A stretch of 64,000 bases of DNA from assembly GCA_012295275.1 (NCBI GenBank), contig CM022679.1, forward strand, positions 11,036,001-11,100,000, written 5' to 3'. This document shows, in pieces, positions 13,253 to 25,090 of the stretch; the stretch's first letter is position 1; every line of letters starts with the position of its first letter. The stretch is from Chrysomallon squamiferum. Taxonomy: Eukaryota > Animalia > Mollusca. Position numbers and translations under genes: made by a program. The notes under the pieces were generated by a model. It was not told where the DNA came from. It made no database searches and saw only the letters and a list, made by a program, of their open reading frames with translations.

Positions 13253-14428
13253 CAAATGTGGGCCACACAAGCTGAAATACCCACATTTATTTTTCAATTA
13301 TTAATTTATCTAACCAAAATATTTTTGGTTTCTCTTGTAATAATTATGCAAGCTCTAAATAATTTCTACTATTTTAATTACATTTTAAAAAATAACAAAA
13401 TATTTGTGTATCACATGATGAAATACCAATTTTTCAACAAATTATTATTATTATCATTATTCACAGTGGGATAAATTTTGCATAAACCATAAGCACTAAA
13501 TAACCTGTTATCAAACTCCCATGATGGGTAAATAAATACATGTATAGATATTTATGCATGCATAAATCAGAATTCATAGACAAGATGATGTCAAGAAATA
13601 CCACGGAAGAACTTGTTACGCCCATGATTTATACTTTCCTATTCAGAACATAAGTGTTTTTACTTAAACATTTGTATAGTTTTTGTCCATGTTTGTCAAT
13701 ACAGTTTAATTTAATGGTTTAAAGAAAATAAATTACAACAACAATAATAAATGAATCTATATGTGGATTAATTTTCATACATTCTAACTTATTAAAATTA
13801 ATGTTTTTTAAAGCCTTCGTGAATTGATAAATGTTTGTATGAAACAGATTTCCAACAGTGACCAAAATTTAAAAAAAATAAATAAAAAATAGAAAATTAA
13901 AAATTATACAAAAAAATAGGTAGAAGGAAATATATAATGGTGTTGTCATAGTTACGGGTAAGGGATAACTTCTGACCATTTACTTTGTTAAACAGACTTT
14001 GAAATACAAGCCCAGTGAGATCATCATGGATAATTCAGTGCAGTTTGTGGAAAATTTTCAATGGAGGAAGAAACCTGAACCCAGGATGTGGTGGTGGTTG
14101 GTTTACAGATACCTCATTATCAGATTACATTATGATTTACCTGAACTAATTTACATCCTCAGCCAGACCTTTTATAACAGATTGGGTTTTTTTGGGGGGT
14201 GGGGTTGACCAGAATCTTCTTCGCCTGTGTTTGTAAAAGCTCTGGGTACATGCTCTCCTGGTTTTGATATTCCTGACCAAACAAATATAAAATTAATTCT
14301 GATTGCATTACATATATTTTTAATAAAAATTTAATCCCATTTTGTAATGTAGGTCGCGTGTTTTTCACTGCAAGTTACTTTTACAAATACATTTGTGCAG
14401 GTCTTCTTGATCTCAAAGCCCAGTACTC

Positions 14429-14495
<67 letters not shown>

Positions 14496-14504
14496 TACTA
14501 CTAC
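14429..14504. repeat. (TAT)n(TAC)n microsatellite
   Basis: Direct reading; source of the poly-Y ORF. Confidence 0.95.
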
Positions 14505-17117
14505 TTAATACAGAAAAAAAAGAAAATTTCAATGAATAGTGTTATGGTGGGAGACATATTTATACTTTTACCTACGTTTTATAACATATTGTTGAGGCAA
14601 AATATTTCCACTCTGTTTAAAATTTAAATGACCAAAAAAACCCAAACATTCCTAATAACACAAAAGATAGCAAGAAGAAGAAGAAAAAAATATTCCATTT
14701 CTAAATTATGCTATATAACAATGAATTAATATAAAGGATAGGTTTAGACACGGTACAATAATACCCACATACTTTTATTTATTATTCATATTTTATTATT
14801 ACCATTTCTTTTATTATCTTTTTACATAAGACTTGTATGAGAAGTCTGAGAAATCAAGCAAGGGCATGCTCTGTCTTCCGGCCTGCTATCGCAGTAGTGT
14901 TTGTTTTTGTCATAATAACAATACCTACATGTGATAAAAGATGATAATGTGTCTCTTTCCAGCAAGATCATTGTTTGTATTATGTCTTTGCTTTGAGCTC
15001 ACTTTCCATTATTGTCTAGGTGAATGGGTACACACAACAAAATGTCTTACATTTAAAAAAAAAAAATTTAAAAAAGTTTTTTTGTAACACTGGAAAAAGA
15101 TTGTGTGCAAACGTAGTTGAAGATGATTATTTTTTATTATTATTATTATTATTTTATTTTTATTTTTATTTTTTTTGTAAAAAAATCATCAAATTTGGAA
15201 GAGTGCCAGAAAAAAGGAGACTGACATTTTGTTAAGGCTCAGAAAATCTGGTCAGGTTATCTGAGATCATCAAAGTTTGTAGTATTTCTAGTAGCAACTT
15301 TATCAATAGTTAATTTACATCAAACAGGGATGTTGTTTACAGTGTTGTAGTGTCTTTGAATAGACCAAAGTTTCTTTTACACCTTTGACAGGTCCTTTTT
15401 CTTATCAGGTACTTTCTTTCAGTTTTTCAGACTATTTAAAAAAAAAATTTTTTATTTGTTTATCTTTCTCCATGTAATTTTTATTTCTCTTCAACCCTTT
15501 TCCCTCTTCTGTTCCCTTTGCTTCCCTTCTTTTCTTTACCCTCTCCCTCATTCTGCCCCTTGTGCTCTCTAAACAGCTCTATTTGCTGTTATTTTTTCCA
15601 TGCTTGAATAGTCAGATATGTTCAGAGCTAGCATGTGACACAGGAAAGTAGTGCACTGAGAGGTTTAATATTAAACAGTGGGTAGACCTCTGGGTTATTA
15701 AGCACCTGTGATTGTTCTCTCTGTTTCAGCATCAATGACACCATTTTGAAAAATTTAAATAATCCTGGAAGACAGTAAGAATAAAAAAACAACCATTTTC
15801 TGAAAAAATTATTCAATTATGGTTGATATTTATTCTTCAATAATCGTTTTTACGAGATGGGTGTACACAAAGATCACTTAATAAAGAAGGAAGAAAAAAA
15901 GACTTTAAAATCAATTGTATTTTTTTAGGTCAGTTTATGTGGAGGTATAAAAAAAGAAGAAAAACAACAACAAAAAATTCTATTTAAATATTTTGTTAGT
16001 TATTAAACAAATATTCTTCAGTTTGTTTCTATAATTTACTTTAATAATAGTATTATGCTAGTATGGTAGAAACCATTAATAAAACACTAACCTGATATAT
16101 GGTCATTCTAGAATTAACACCAATCCAATTAAAGGCATGTGCCATTTTCTTTATGGGCAAATGCACATGAAAGATCTCTTAAAAGAAACAAAAAGATTAT
16201 GTATAAAAATTGTCAAATATTTGAAAGAAAGTGTCATTTCACTAAACAAAACCAACATCAGACTGTTGACATTACTGTTACAATGCTATATGATGAAGTG
16301 CAAACTTTGTATTTGAATTTTAAAATTTAATTAATTTTTTTTTTTCAGTTTTTTATTTTATTTTCATTCATTTTTTTTTTCTCTTTCAACCACTTTTTAG
16401 TAACTTTCTACACCTTATAACATAATGAATGAAACTTTGGTTGATGAATGAGTGGGGATTTTTTTTTTGGTGGGTTTTTTTAAGACCTCCCAGATGTTGG
16501 TGTGGGTGTTTGTTGTGGTAATCAAGCATTGAAACAAATTCAAACTGTATTGTGAGAAAGCTGTGAGGCAGAAATGATCTCCATGTGTCATCAGTGTTTG
16601 TAATCAAACCTGCAAAGAGAAGCCAAAAGCTAATTTTCTTGGCAAAAGTTTTATTGCAAATTAAAATTTAAAGCCACACTCTTGTTGCTGCTTTGAAATA
16701 CTGCTCTGCTAGAACAGATGTTTGTTCTGCAGAAAATATTTTTGAAATTATGATTTTTTTTTTATATGTATGTAAAGAGAAATTGGTACCTGAATTTAAA
16801 ATGACACTCCTGTCTCACATGTATATAATACTTTACTTTTAACACAAGTCTTTTTGTTGGATTTTGATTGTTGTTGTTTTTTCCAGAAGAAACATTTTTC
16901 AGAATTAATATTTTTTTTTATATACACCAATAAAATTACATTTAAAACAATATTCCTGTCATGTTTACATCATTTTCTTCTTTACACCTGTTTTGTTTGT
17001 TTGTTAGTTGGTTGATTGGTTGTTTTTATTTACTGAAGAAAATTATTATTTAAAAAGAATAACTTGTGTGTGTACCTTTTTTGCCCCGATACAGGACAGA
17101 AAAAGACAATGTGTTAC

Positions 17118-17180
17118 ATTAACCACATGTCTGACACCCAATAGCCACTGATTAAATAAAAGTCTGGGGTGTCACTTCAA
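17118..17180 (+). mobile_element. SINE 3' tail fragment
   Basis: TTAACCACATGTCTGACACCCAATAGCCACTGATTAAATAAA...GGGGTGTCAC resembles the remembered tail (ACCAAATGTTTGACATCCAATAGCCGATGATTAA); a related reverse copy lies near 46600-46636. Confidence 0.45.
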
Positions 17181-18233
17181 CTTTGCTTACATCTGTTCGG
17201 ACCTGTTTGTGTCACCAGCTGACAGTAAATTGCCATGGAAACCTGATAACTGGAATTAGTGAAATAGGACACAGTGTATTTCAGGTGTGTAACAGTTCTA
17301 AAACGTGATGGTCCAGTAAGGTTCAGCATGCCTGAACAGTTTTCTTATGAATGAGTCAAAGAAAAGTGACTAATTAATATAAAAAAATAAGAGGATTTAT
17401 TGAACACATTCATGGTTTACAAAGAAGAAAATAGTAATTTTACTGCACTACTTTTATGACACCAGTTTAAAAACTCAAAAAAAAAAAAAATTTGTAGAGA
17501 ACATTTTGACTTGATAATAAAGTTTTATCTAACTCATTCAGGTTTTCAGTAAGAATAGAAGAAACATTATCAATGGCAACAGCTTTACGATTTTACAGAT
17601 AGGGTTCCAATATCAAAAGTTTAACAAAAGGTCTCGTAACCTGATTTTTGAAAATCACTGCAAAAACAAGCTGATGCATTTTTTTTGTAGCAGTTCGTGC
17701 ATACATAACAGAAGATTTAAATAAATACAAATTTTGAATGTAAAACCCAACAGCAAAAGAAACGGAGAGTTCACGTTTAAAACCTAGACAGTATTCATTT
17801 AAAAATTTATTAGAACAGATGATGTATTTCATAACTTGGCTTCTTTTCTTTTCCTGCCCCATTATAACATAACTTTTTGCATAAAAGTGACATTTTGAAG
17901 CTCACCGGTTTGAATTATTGTGGGTTTGACTAGTACATGCAGCTATTGAAAATAGAGAACTAATTTATTTTCATAATGCTTGATCAACACCGCATGCTAC
18001 ATGTTTGTGATGCCAGCTTTCACATCTGTTACACTTCACATAATCTGTCCAAATCTCACTTTGTCAGACATAGCAAGTTTATATACAAAATTTCCTTCAA
18101 GTTGCCGTATGACACATTGGAATACATATTGTTTTGCTCATGTAGTGCAAAAGTGCATAGCAGTTGTTGTTTGTTCTAAAGGTGAGCTAGCTTCTTCTTC
18201 TCATATTTTTTTTGTCTTCCTACAGCAGTTTAT

Positions 18234-18265
<32 letters not shown>

Positions 18266-19547
18266 GAAACAATACTGAATGTAGGCCTATATGTATGCTA
18301 CGTTTCCAATACATAAGCAAGCAGTTAAAACACATGTAAAGAATTCATGTTTAAAACCAAGACATGTTTTAAACAGATAATGTATTTCAGTTGAAAAATA
18401 CTTTCAAATCTCTCCTTTTATTATATTATTCAATGTTATGCAGTGGGAAGAATGTTTTATTTTTTAAATATTTCTGTAATTCATACAGAATTTAAAATGT
18501 CACTGATGGTTGATATTTAATTTTAAAAATGTCTGTGTTTATCATACAACTTTTTACAAAAGGAAAAACAAATGATACTTTTAAACAGCATCCTGGTTTT
18601 AATTTTTGGCGGGTGATAAGTGTAATCAAAATAAATAATATGATGAAAAAGAAATTTACATTTTTGATAAAATATATGAATTTAAAACAAATTGTTTCTG
18701 CAATGGCCTAGTTTTAGACAGATTAACTTTAACAGAACTGAAACTGGTCATAATTACCATTATTAACATTTGATAAGACTTCTCATGCCATTATATTTAT
18801 TTTAAACTTTTTTTTAAAGACAGCTCTTTATATTTTATTTCAATATAAACAGTTAATTTTTTTTAAAAGACACTGAACATAAAAACATTCACAGTTTACG
18901 TTATTTTTTATTTTTTATTTTTTTAAACTGAAAAACACATTAAACACTGACTCGTTGAAACTGTCAATGAAATGTGTAATTATAATACGTAATCGGACAT
19001 TAACTGGCAGCAGTTGAACGTCGCTAGCTACATAACAAGCCGCAGACAAATAGTCTGTGAAACCATCATAAAGAAACATCGACCATTAAAACACTACACT
19101 GTGCAGAACGGCGACAGAGTTGACACCTACTAATCACACTCGTAATCCGCAAAGACACATTGAGGATTAACAAGGATTTGCCGTGTATGGCTTGGGAGAA
19201 ATTGAAAAAAATTGGTTATAGATTGCAGGCGACATTTGATGATGATTAATATGGCACTTTTCACAACTTGCTTTTGGATGTCGTCTGAAAAGGTCCATAA
19301 AATATTTTATTCCTGAAAAAAATCTAGCACTGTGAAATGAGGCTTTAAATATATGTTTGTTGGCAGTGTTGTAAGATTTGGAGACAGGATAAAATGTTTA
19401 GTGGTTTTTTTTTTTGGTTTGTTTATTTTATGCTTAGATTCCCAGATTTCACAGAAGTAATCATCTAATATATAATTTCTTGTAATACAGAGTTGCCATT
19501 AAGTATCTAGCTGATAGTTCAAAACAGGTGTTTTTTTAAAACTTTTC

Positions 19548-19579
19548 TTTTGTATCACTAATTTTTGTTTATTGATTTA

Positions 19580-19633
<54 letters not shown>

Positions 19634-19647
19634 TATTATTAATAATA

Positions 19648-19678
<31 letters not shown>

Positions 19679-19870
19679 TATTATTATGTAGCTTGATTGT
19701 ATTAAATTAATTTAAAAAATAATAATAAGCATTGTCAAACTTTATCTTTATATCACTAAATTTTATTTACAGATTTAGATAATAATAACAACAGTAATAA
19801 TAATGTTATAAATGTATCTTGACTATATTAAATAAATTTTTTTTAAATAATAATAAGCATTGTCAAACTT
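19548..19870. repeat. local tandem duplication with embedded (AAT)n/(TAT)n tract
   Basis: Two copies of TATCACTAA...GATTTAGATA...TGTA(G/T)CTTGA...AATAATAATAAGCATTGTCAAACTT; only the first has the expanded tract. Confidence 0.8.
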
Positions 19871-22642
19871 AAAATCTATAGTTAAAATGGATCATGTGCC
19901 AGAAATGACCTAGATTTTCAGTTCATGTCTGTGCCTATTAATAAGCCTTTACTCATATTCACATCCAAGATGTTACTCATATTTGTACCCATATTGTTAC
20001 ATGAATATAAATATCCATGACATAACCCATCCTCATGTCTGTACCATTGCTGATACCCTCAGGCAAAGCCATACATATTCTAATGGCCATATTAGGGATA
20101 ATATTTTTAGTTTTCATCTTAGATGTTGCTACAGTATCAAATGTCCTATGTCTAGTTTAATTAATACTTTATGGAAATTTTGTAATATGATCCTATAAGG
20201 GAGAACATTCATTTGTACAACTCTTCAGTGATATCTTGGTCTTCGTTTCATTCAAATTTGATTTATTTATGAGATATTTCCGTTCTGTTACCGTTTTTTT
20301 ATTAGAATATATGGTTTCATTAAATAAAGCTAAATTGAAGTTGTAAACTAACTCCAGTATCAAACAATATAAAAAAAAAAAAAAAAAAAAAATATTTTTT
20401 TTTACAAAATTAATAATAATAATAAAATACTAATAATAATAAATAAAAAATTTAATGAAGATAATAAAAAAAAATAAAAAAGAAAGAAAGAAAATAAAAA
20501 CGTAATTTATAAATTGTGTAGTTGTAAATTTGTGAACAATTTATTTGGTTTTTATTTATTTATTTTTTTTATTTTTTATTTTATTTTATTTTATTTATTT
20601 ATTTATTTTTTTAATTATTTTTGTTCCTTTAAATATAGAGAATTTAAAAAAAAAACGAAAAAAAAAAAAACGAGTGGAAATGTAAATTTTACTAAATAAA
20701 CAAAGCTGAAATGGAGTTGATAGAAAGGAAACATATCACTGTCGCCAACTGGTTTTATAACTTTCACGAGTTTAATACACTAATGATAAAAACAGAGTAA
20801 TCTTCTTTCAGAACAGTCTCCTACTTACTGGCTAACAAAACCTCTTTGAAAAGAGTGAAATAATTAAAGAAATCATAAGCTCTTTTATCTCGCCAAATCG
20901 TTCACAGACATCTAGTTCTGTGGAGTCTGTCGGCAGAGCTGGACATAACAATCGCAGCATTACAGGGAGGAAAATACACACATAAGAAAAAGTGATGAAA
21001 AACGTTTCTCTGTAAAGTGGTTCCTTTCACCTGATTATTTACCACTGCAATCTTTTTTTTTTTTTTTTTTCTTTTTTTTATATTTTATTATTTTTATTTT
21101 CTTTAAATGAAAAAAAAAAAATTCTGTATCAGTTAAACATCTGACCTGTGACCGTATCCACAGGCTATTTCCCACATGAAATTTTTTTGTTTTTTTTCAC
21201 AGATATCTCCAGTCAGTTTTTTTATCTTTTTTCTTTTTATTCTTTTTTTAAAAAAGAAAGCAGACAAATTAAATGAATCTGCACAGACAACTGACTGTTT
21301 ATTAGCTTTGAAAATAGAATTAGCAAATCTGACATTTTAGACTTGTTGTTTGTATTTAAAAAAAAAAAATTATAATGGCTTTTTCTTACTTTCTTTCTTT
21401 CTTTCTTTATATGTATATAGTTTTTTTAAATTATGGATATCATAATAAATATTTAACATTTTGTCAGTTTCAATTAGTATAAATTTAAAAATATATATAT
21501 CTACAGATTTGAATATTGATCAATGCTTGTATAAAAACTGATAACTAATGTTTCTTATGCTGACAATCATAATAAAATATTTTTAATTTGTATTTTGACA
21601 TTTTATAATAAATGTTTATTTAATAAAAAAGAAAAAGGAGGCATAACCTGGAATTAGAAAAAAAACCTAAATCAACAACATAAAAAAACAACAACAACAA
21701 AACAAACATTCAACCAGAAGTCAGCTAAGGTGAATGTTCTGGTTTAAACTTTTGTCCCAACTAACATATGAAAGAATTTATCTGATTGGTAGTTGTTTCA
21801 AGGAATTGCATTGATTAATTGTTGCATAGTTTATATAGTCTTAATTGCTTGACATGCCATGGCTTTATTTATGGTAAGACTGTTCAAGAAAAAAAATAAA
21901 CATTTAAATTTATTTTGCAGAAGTTGATGTTATCAACACTTAGATTTGTTCTGTAAACTATAAACTTCCAAAGTAAAGCAAATAAACTTCTTTTTAAAAA
22001 AAAAAAGATTTAAGAGGATATAACAAATTATTTGAAAATACACACCCAGTTTTATGTTATAAACTACAATTTTAAAATGACTAAATTATATATTTTTTTT
22101 TTAAAATAAAAAGAATAAACATTTAAAATATTAAAAAAAAAAAAAAAAATAAAAAAAAAAAAGTTTATCACTAAAAAGACGTCTGTCTAGAAAGCGTTCA
22201 GAGGCTCGTAGACAACCTGTCGGAATCGGGAGACGGAGAAGTACCAACTTTAAAATTCTCTGATAGACAAGTCATTCTTTTAATACGGAGTTTTTTTTTT
22301 CTTACAATTTTAAACAAAAAAAAAAAATGTTTAAAATATGTCCTTTTAAACTACTAGAAAATGTGAGGCTTGTTTGTATCAGCATATTTAAGATGGCCAG
22401 TCATGATCTGCAGACAGGCTGATGGGAGAAGCAGACACTTTGGTTCCAGTTCCCAACGCATATCTATGGGTGGGAGCCACGAAGTGACAGATTCTTTGAA
22501 TCCCACTTCACACTTCTCCCACACACTTGAAAAATATCCACATCTGAAAATAGTTTTATTTAATTTTCTCTTTCTGTTTGTTGTTTAATTTTTTTTATTA
22601 TTATTATTTTTTTATTTTTTATTTATCTGTCAAGTATACCCG

Positions 22643-22685
<43 letters not shown>

Positions 22686-22843
22686 GTTGAGACAAGTCCA
22701 GTCTCTGGTCTGTACAGACTGCCAGTGTTTATATGTATGTAGCCATGAAGATAAGACATCAAAATAATTGTATATGAGTTGTTTGTTAATACATGTTACA
22801 TATCTGTTGAAAATGAGATGAGCCTTAGAGGAGGGATACAACA

Positions 22844-23405
22844 GGACTTTATTGAATGGGACATTACAAAACAAAACAAGACATAACTAAAAAGCACATT
22901 ATTGAATGGGACATTACAAAACAAAACAAGACATAACTAAAAAGCACATTATTGAATGGGACATTACAAAACAAAACAAGGCATTATTGAAAAGAGCATT
23001 TTTGAATGGGACATTACAAAACAAAACAAGACATTACTGAAAAGAACATTATTGAATGGGACATTACAAAACAAAACAAGATATTACTGAAAAGAACATT
23101 ATTGAATGGGACATTACAAAACAAAACAAGATATTACTGAAAAGAACATTATTGAATGGGACATTACAAAAAAAAACAAGATATTACTGAAAAGAACATT
23201 ATTGAATGGGACATTACAAACAAAACAAGATATTACTGAAAAGAACATTATTGAATGGGACATTACAAAACAAAACAAGGCATTATTGAAAAGAACATTA
23301 TTGAATGGGATATTGGAAAACAAGGAATTATAAAATGGGACGTTATATAAAAGGGCATTATAGAATAGGACATTATAGAATAGGACATTACAGAATGGGA
23401 CATTA
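22844..23405. repeat. 50-bp minisatellite (~10 copies) built from a 15-bp ancestral unit
   Basis: (A/T)TTGAATGGG recurs at 22851, 22901, 22951, 23001, 23051, 23101, 23151, 23201, 23250 and 23300; the distal end decays into 15-mers ACATTATAGAATAGG / ACATTACAGAATGGG. Confidence 0.95.
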
Positions 23406-24263
23406 CCTAACATAACCTGCAGAAAAAGTATTATTTATGGAAAGCACACTAAGAAGAAATTACTGACTTTGAAGTGAAAAAAAAGTAATGTAATTGAAAA
23501 TTTGGAAAAATTTAATTACCAAGAAAGTTTCAGTATACGTTAAATAGCTGCCTTTTATCTAAATTTTTGTTGTTGTTCTTTTTTAATGGTCAAATCAAAG
23601 CCAACACTTTGCTGTTTATAGGACCACTTCAGACAGCCCCTGACTTTGAAGTGGGCACAGGTACAGCAGAGGTAATGGTTCTTTGATTCCTAATTGGCTG
23701 AAGATTGCTCTCGCAGTAATCTTTACAAGCCAGTTTAAATTCTCATTCTTGGTAGAGATTATTTTAAGCTGTGTTTTATACTGAGCAACATGCAATTCAG
23801 TAACAATAAGTGTGTCCCTCTTTAAGTCGAGGAGGGGAGGTGGGTGTAGATGTTGAGGTTTAAACAGCTGTTTTCAAGATAAATGGGGAGTTGATGTCTT
23901 CAGCATCAGATCAGTTAGAGGAGTTGACAATAATTTGTTTTGGTACTTATTTCTTATACCACCAGCATCATCACCACCACCAATACTGTGGTTGAAACTA
24001 CAACTATTACTGGGAAAACATTTTTAAATGTTCATTAAAAACATTAAAACTTAATTGAGATAGACTGATATTCTGCTTTATTTTATAATGTATTATTTAT
24101 TAGTGGTTTTTAGAGTTCTGATTTTTAATTTTAAAATTATTATTATTATTTTTAATTGTTTTTTTTTAATATTCATCAGAATGCATGGTGTGGATCGAAA
24201 AATCAAAAATGAAAATAGTTACTAGGCAATCAAATGAATTTATTTCTTATATTCAAATTATTT

Positions 24264-24303
<40 letters not shown>

Positions 24304-24599
24304 TAAATGTTTACAGGATACTTTTTGGTGTCAGTTTGTTTTCTCTTTGTTTTATCAGGTGGCATGCAATCTTACACTGAGAGTATCGTGCAGGAAATTT
24401 TACAGCCACATGTTGTAAATTCATAATGCTAATGCGTTTCATAGTAATCAGAGATAGGCTGCTGTTCTTTCTCAATCTCTCGCTCATTGATAGAAACACC
24501 TGTTGATGTTACTCAACTTCTCTGTATATGTATCAGTGAAACAAATATTGTAATTGGAGTGTGATGGAAACTATAGTTTTGGTGGTCTGACTCAAAAAC

Positions 24600-25090
24600 T
24601 ATCAGCTTCCTTATCTTGGCTGAAATTAATTCTGATTGGACAGCTGGAATCGAAGAAGCTACCTGATTGGCTGAAAATTAACCCGGTATCATCAGAGAGG
24701 TGTAAACGATACGCAATTGTTGTGGATTATGTGCAGCACTTGAGGCTGATCGTTTGCCTAAGGACAGATTACATGGATCAGTGAAGATAAACCCAACCAG
24801 ATAATCCTTTAATTGGTGATTAGCTGATAGCAGTCGGCTTGTGAATATTGTCCACTTTGAAGTTCTGCGCCTGCTGAAAGACTGCTGTATTCAGCAACAA
24901 AGTATCGCTTTAAAGCATGGCAAGAAATATGACTGACTGCATGGCAAGTCGTGAATGCAGCCACGTTAGACGTAATTATACGTTGACGTGGCTGTCTGCC
25001 TGGCTGCCTGTGCAGGTTGGTGGGTGCTGTGAAAGAGCACATTGTGAGATAATTTCATACTGTCGTGGGCTTCAACTCGGACCACAGATA
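24600..25090. promoter_or_regulatory. candidate CCAAT/bZIP regulatory island
   Basis: CTGATTGG twice (ATTGG at 24635 and 24666, 31 bp apart); four ACGT cores in 24961-24992 including TGACGTGG; CpG retained. Confidence 0.4.

Noticed and set aside
14016-14024. Another TGAGATCAT match
   Set aside because: No complementary arm upstream and no hairpin.
14408-14416. bantam seed-match sites (TGATCTC) on the + strand, also ~2204, 16574 and 37934, suggesting autoregulation
   Set aside because: A rough composition estimate gives about three such 7-mers by chance in 64 kb.
16705-16733. Short hairpins such as TCTGCTAGAACAGATGTTTGTTCTGCAGA (others ~4919-4961 and 59776-59804)
   Set aside because: Stems of about 12-14 bp or less are too short for pre-miRNAs and match no family I know.
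22844-23405. Regularly spaced repeats resembling a CRISPR array
   Set aside because: The intervening sequence is itself repeated (no unique spacers), there are no cas genes, and the context is eukaryotic.
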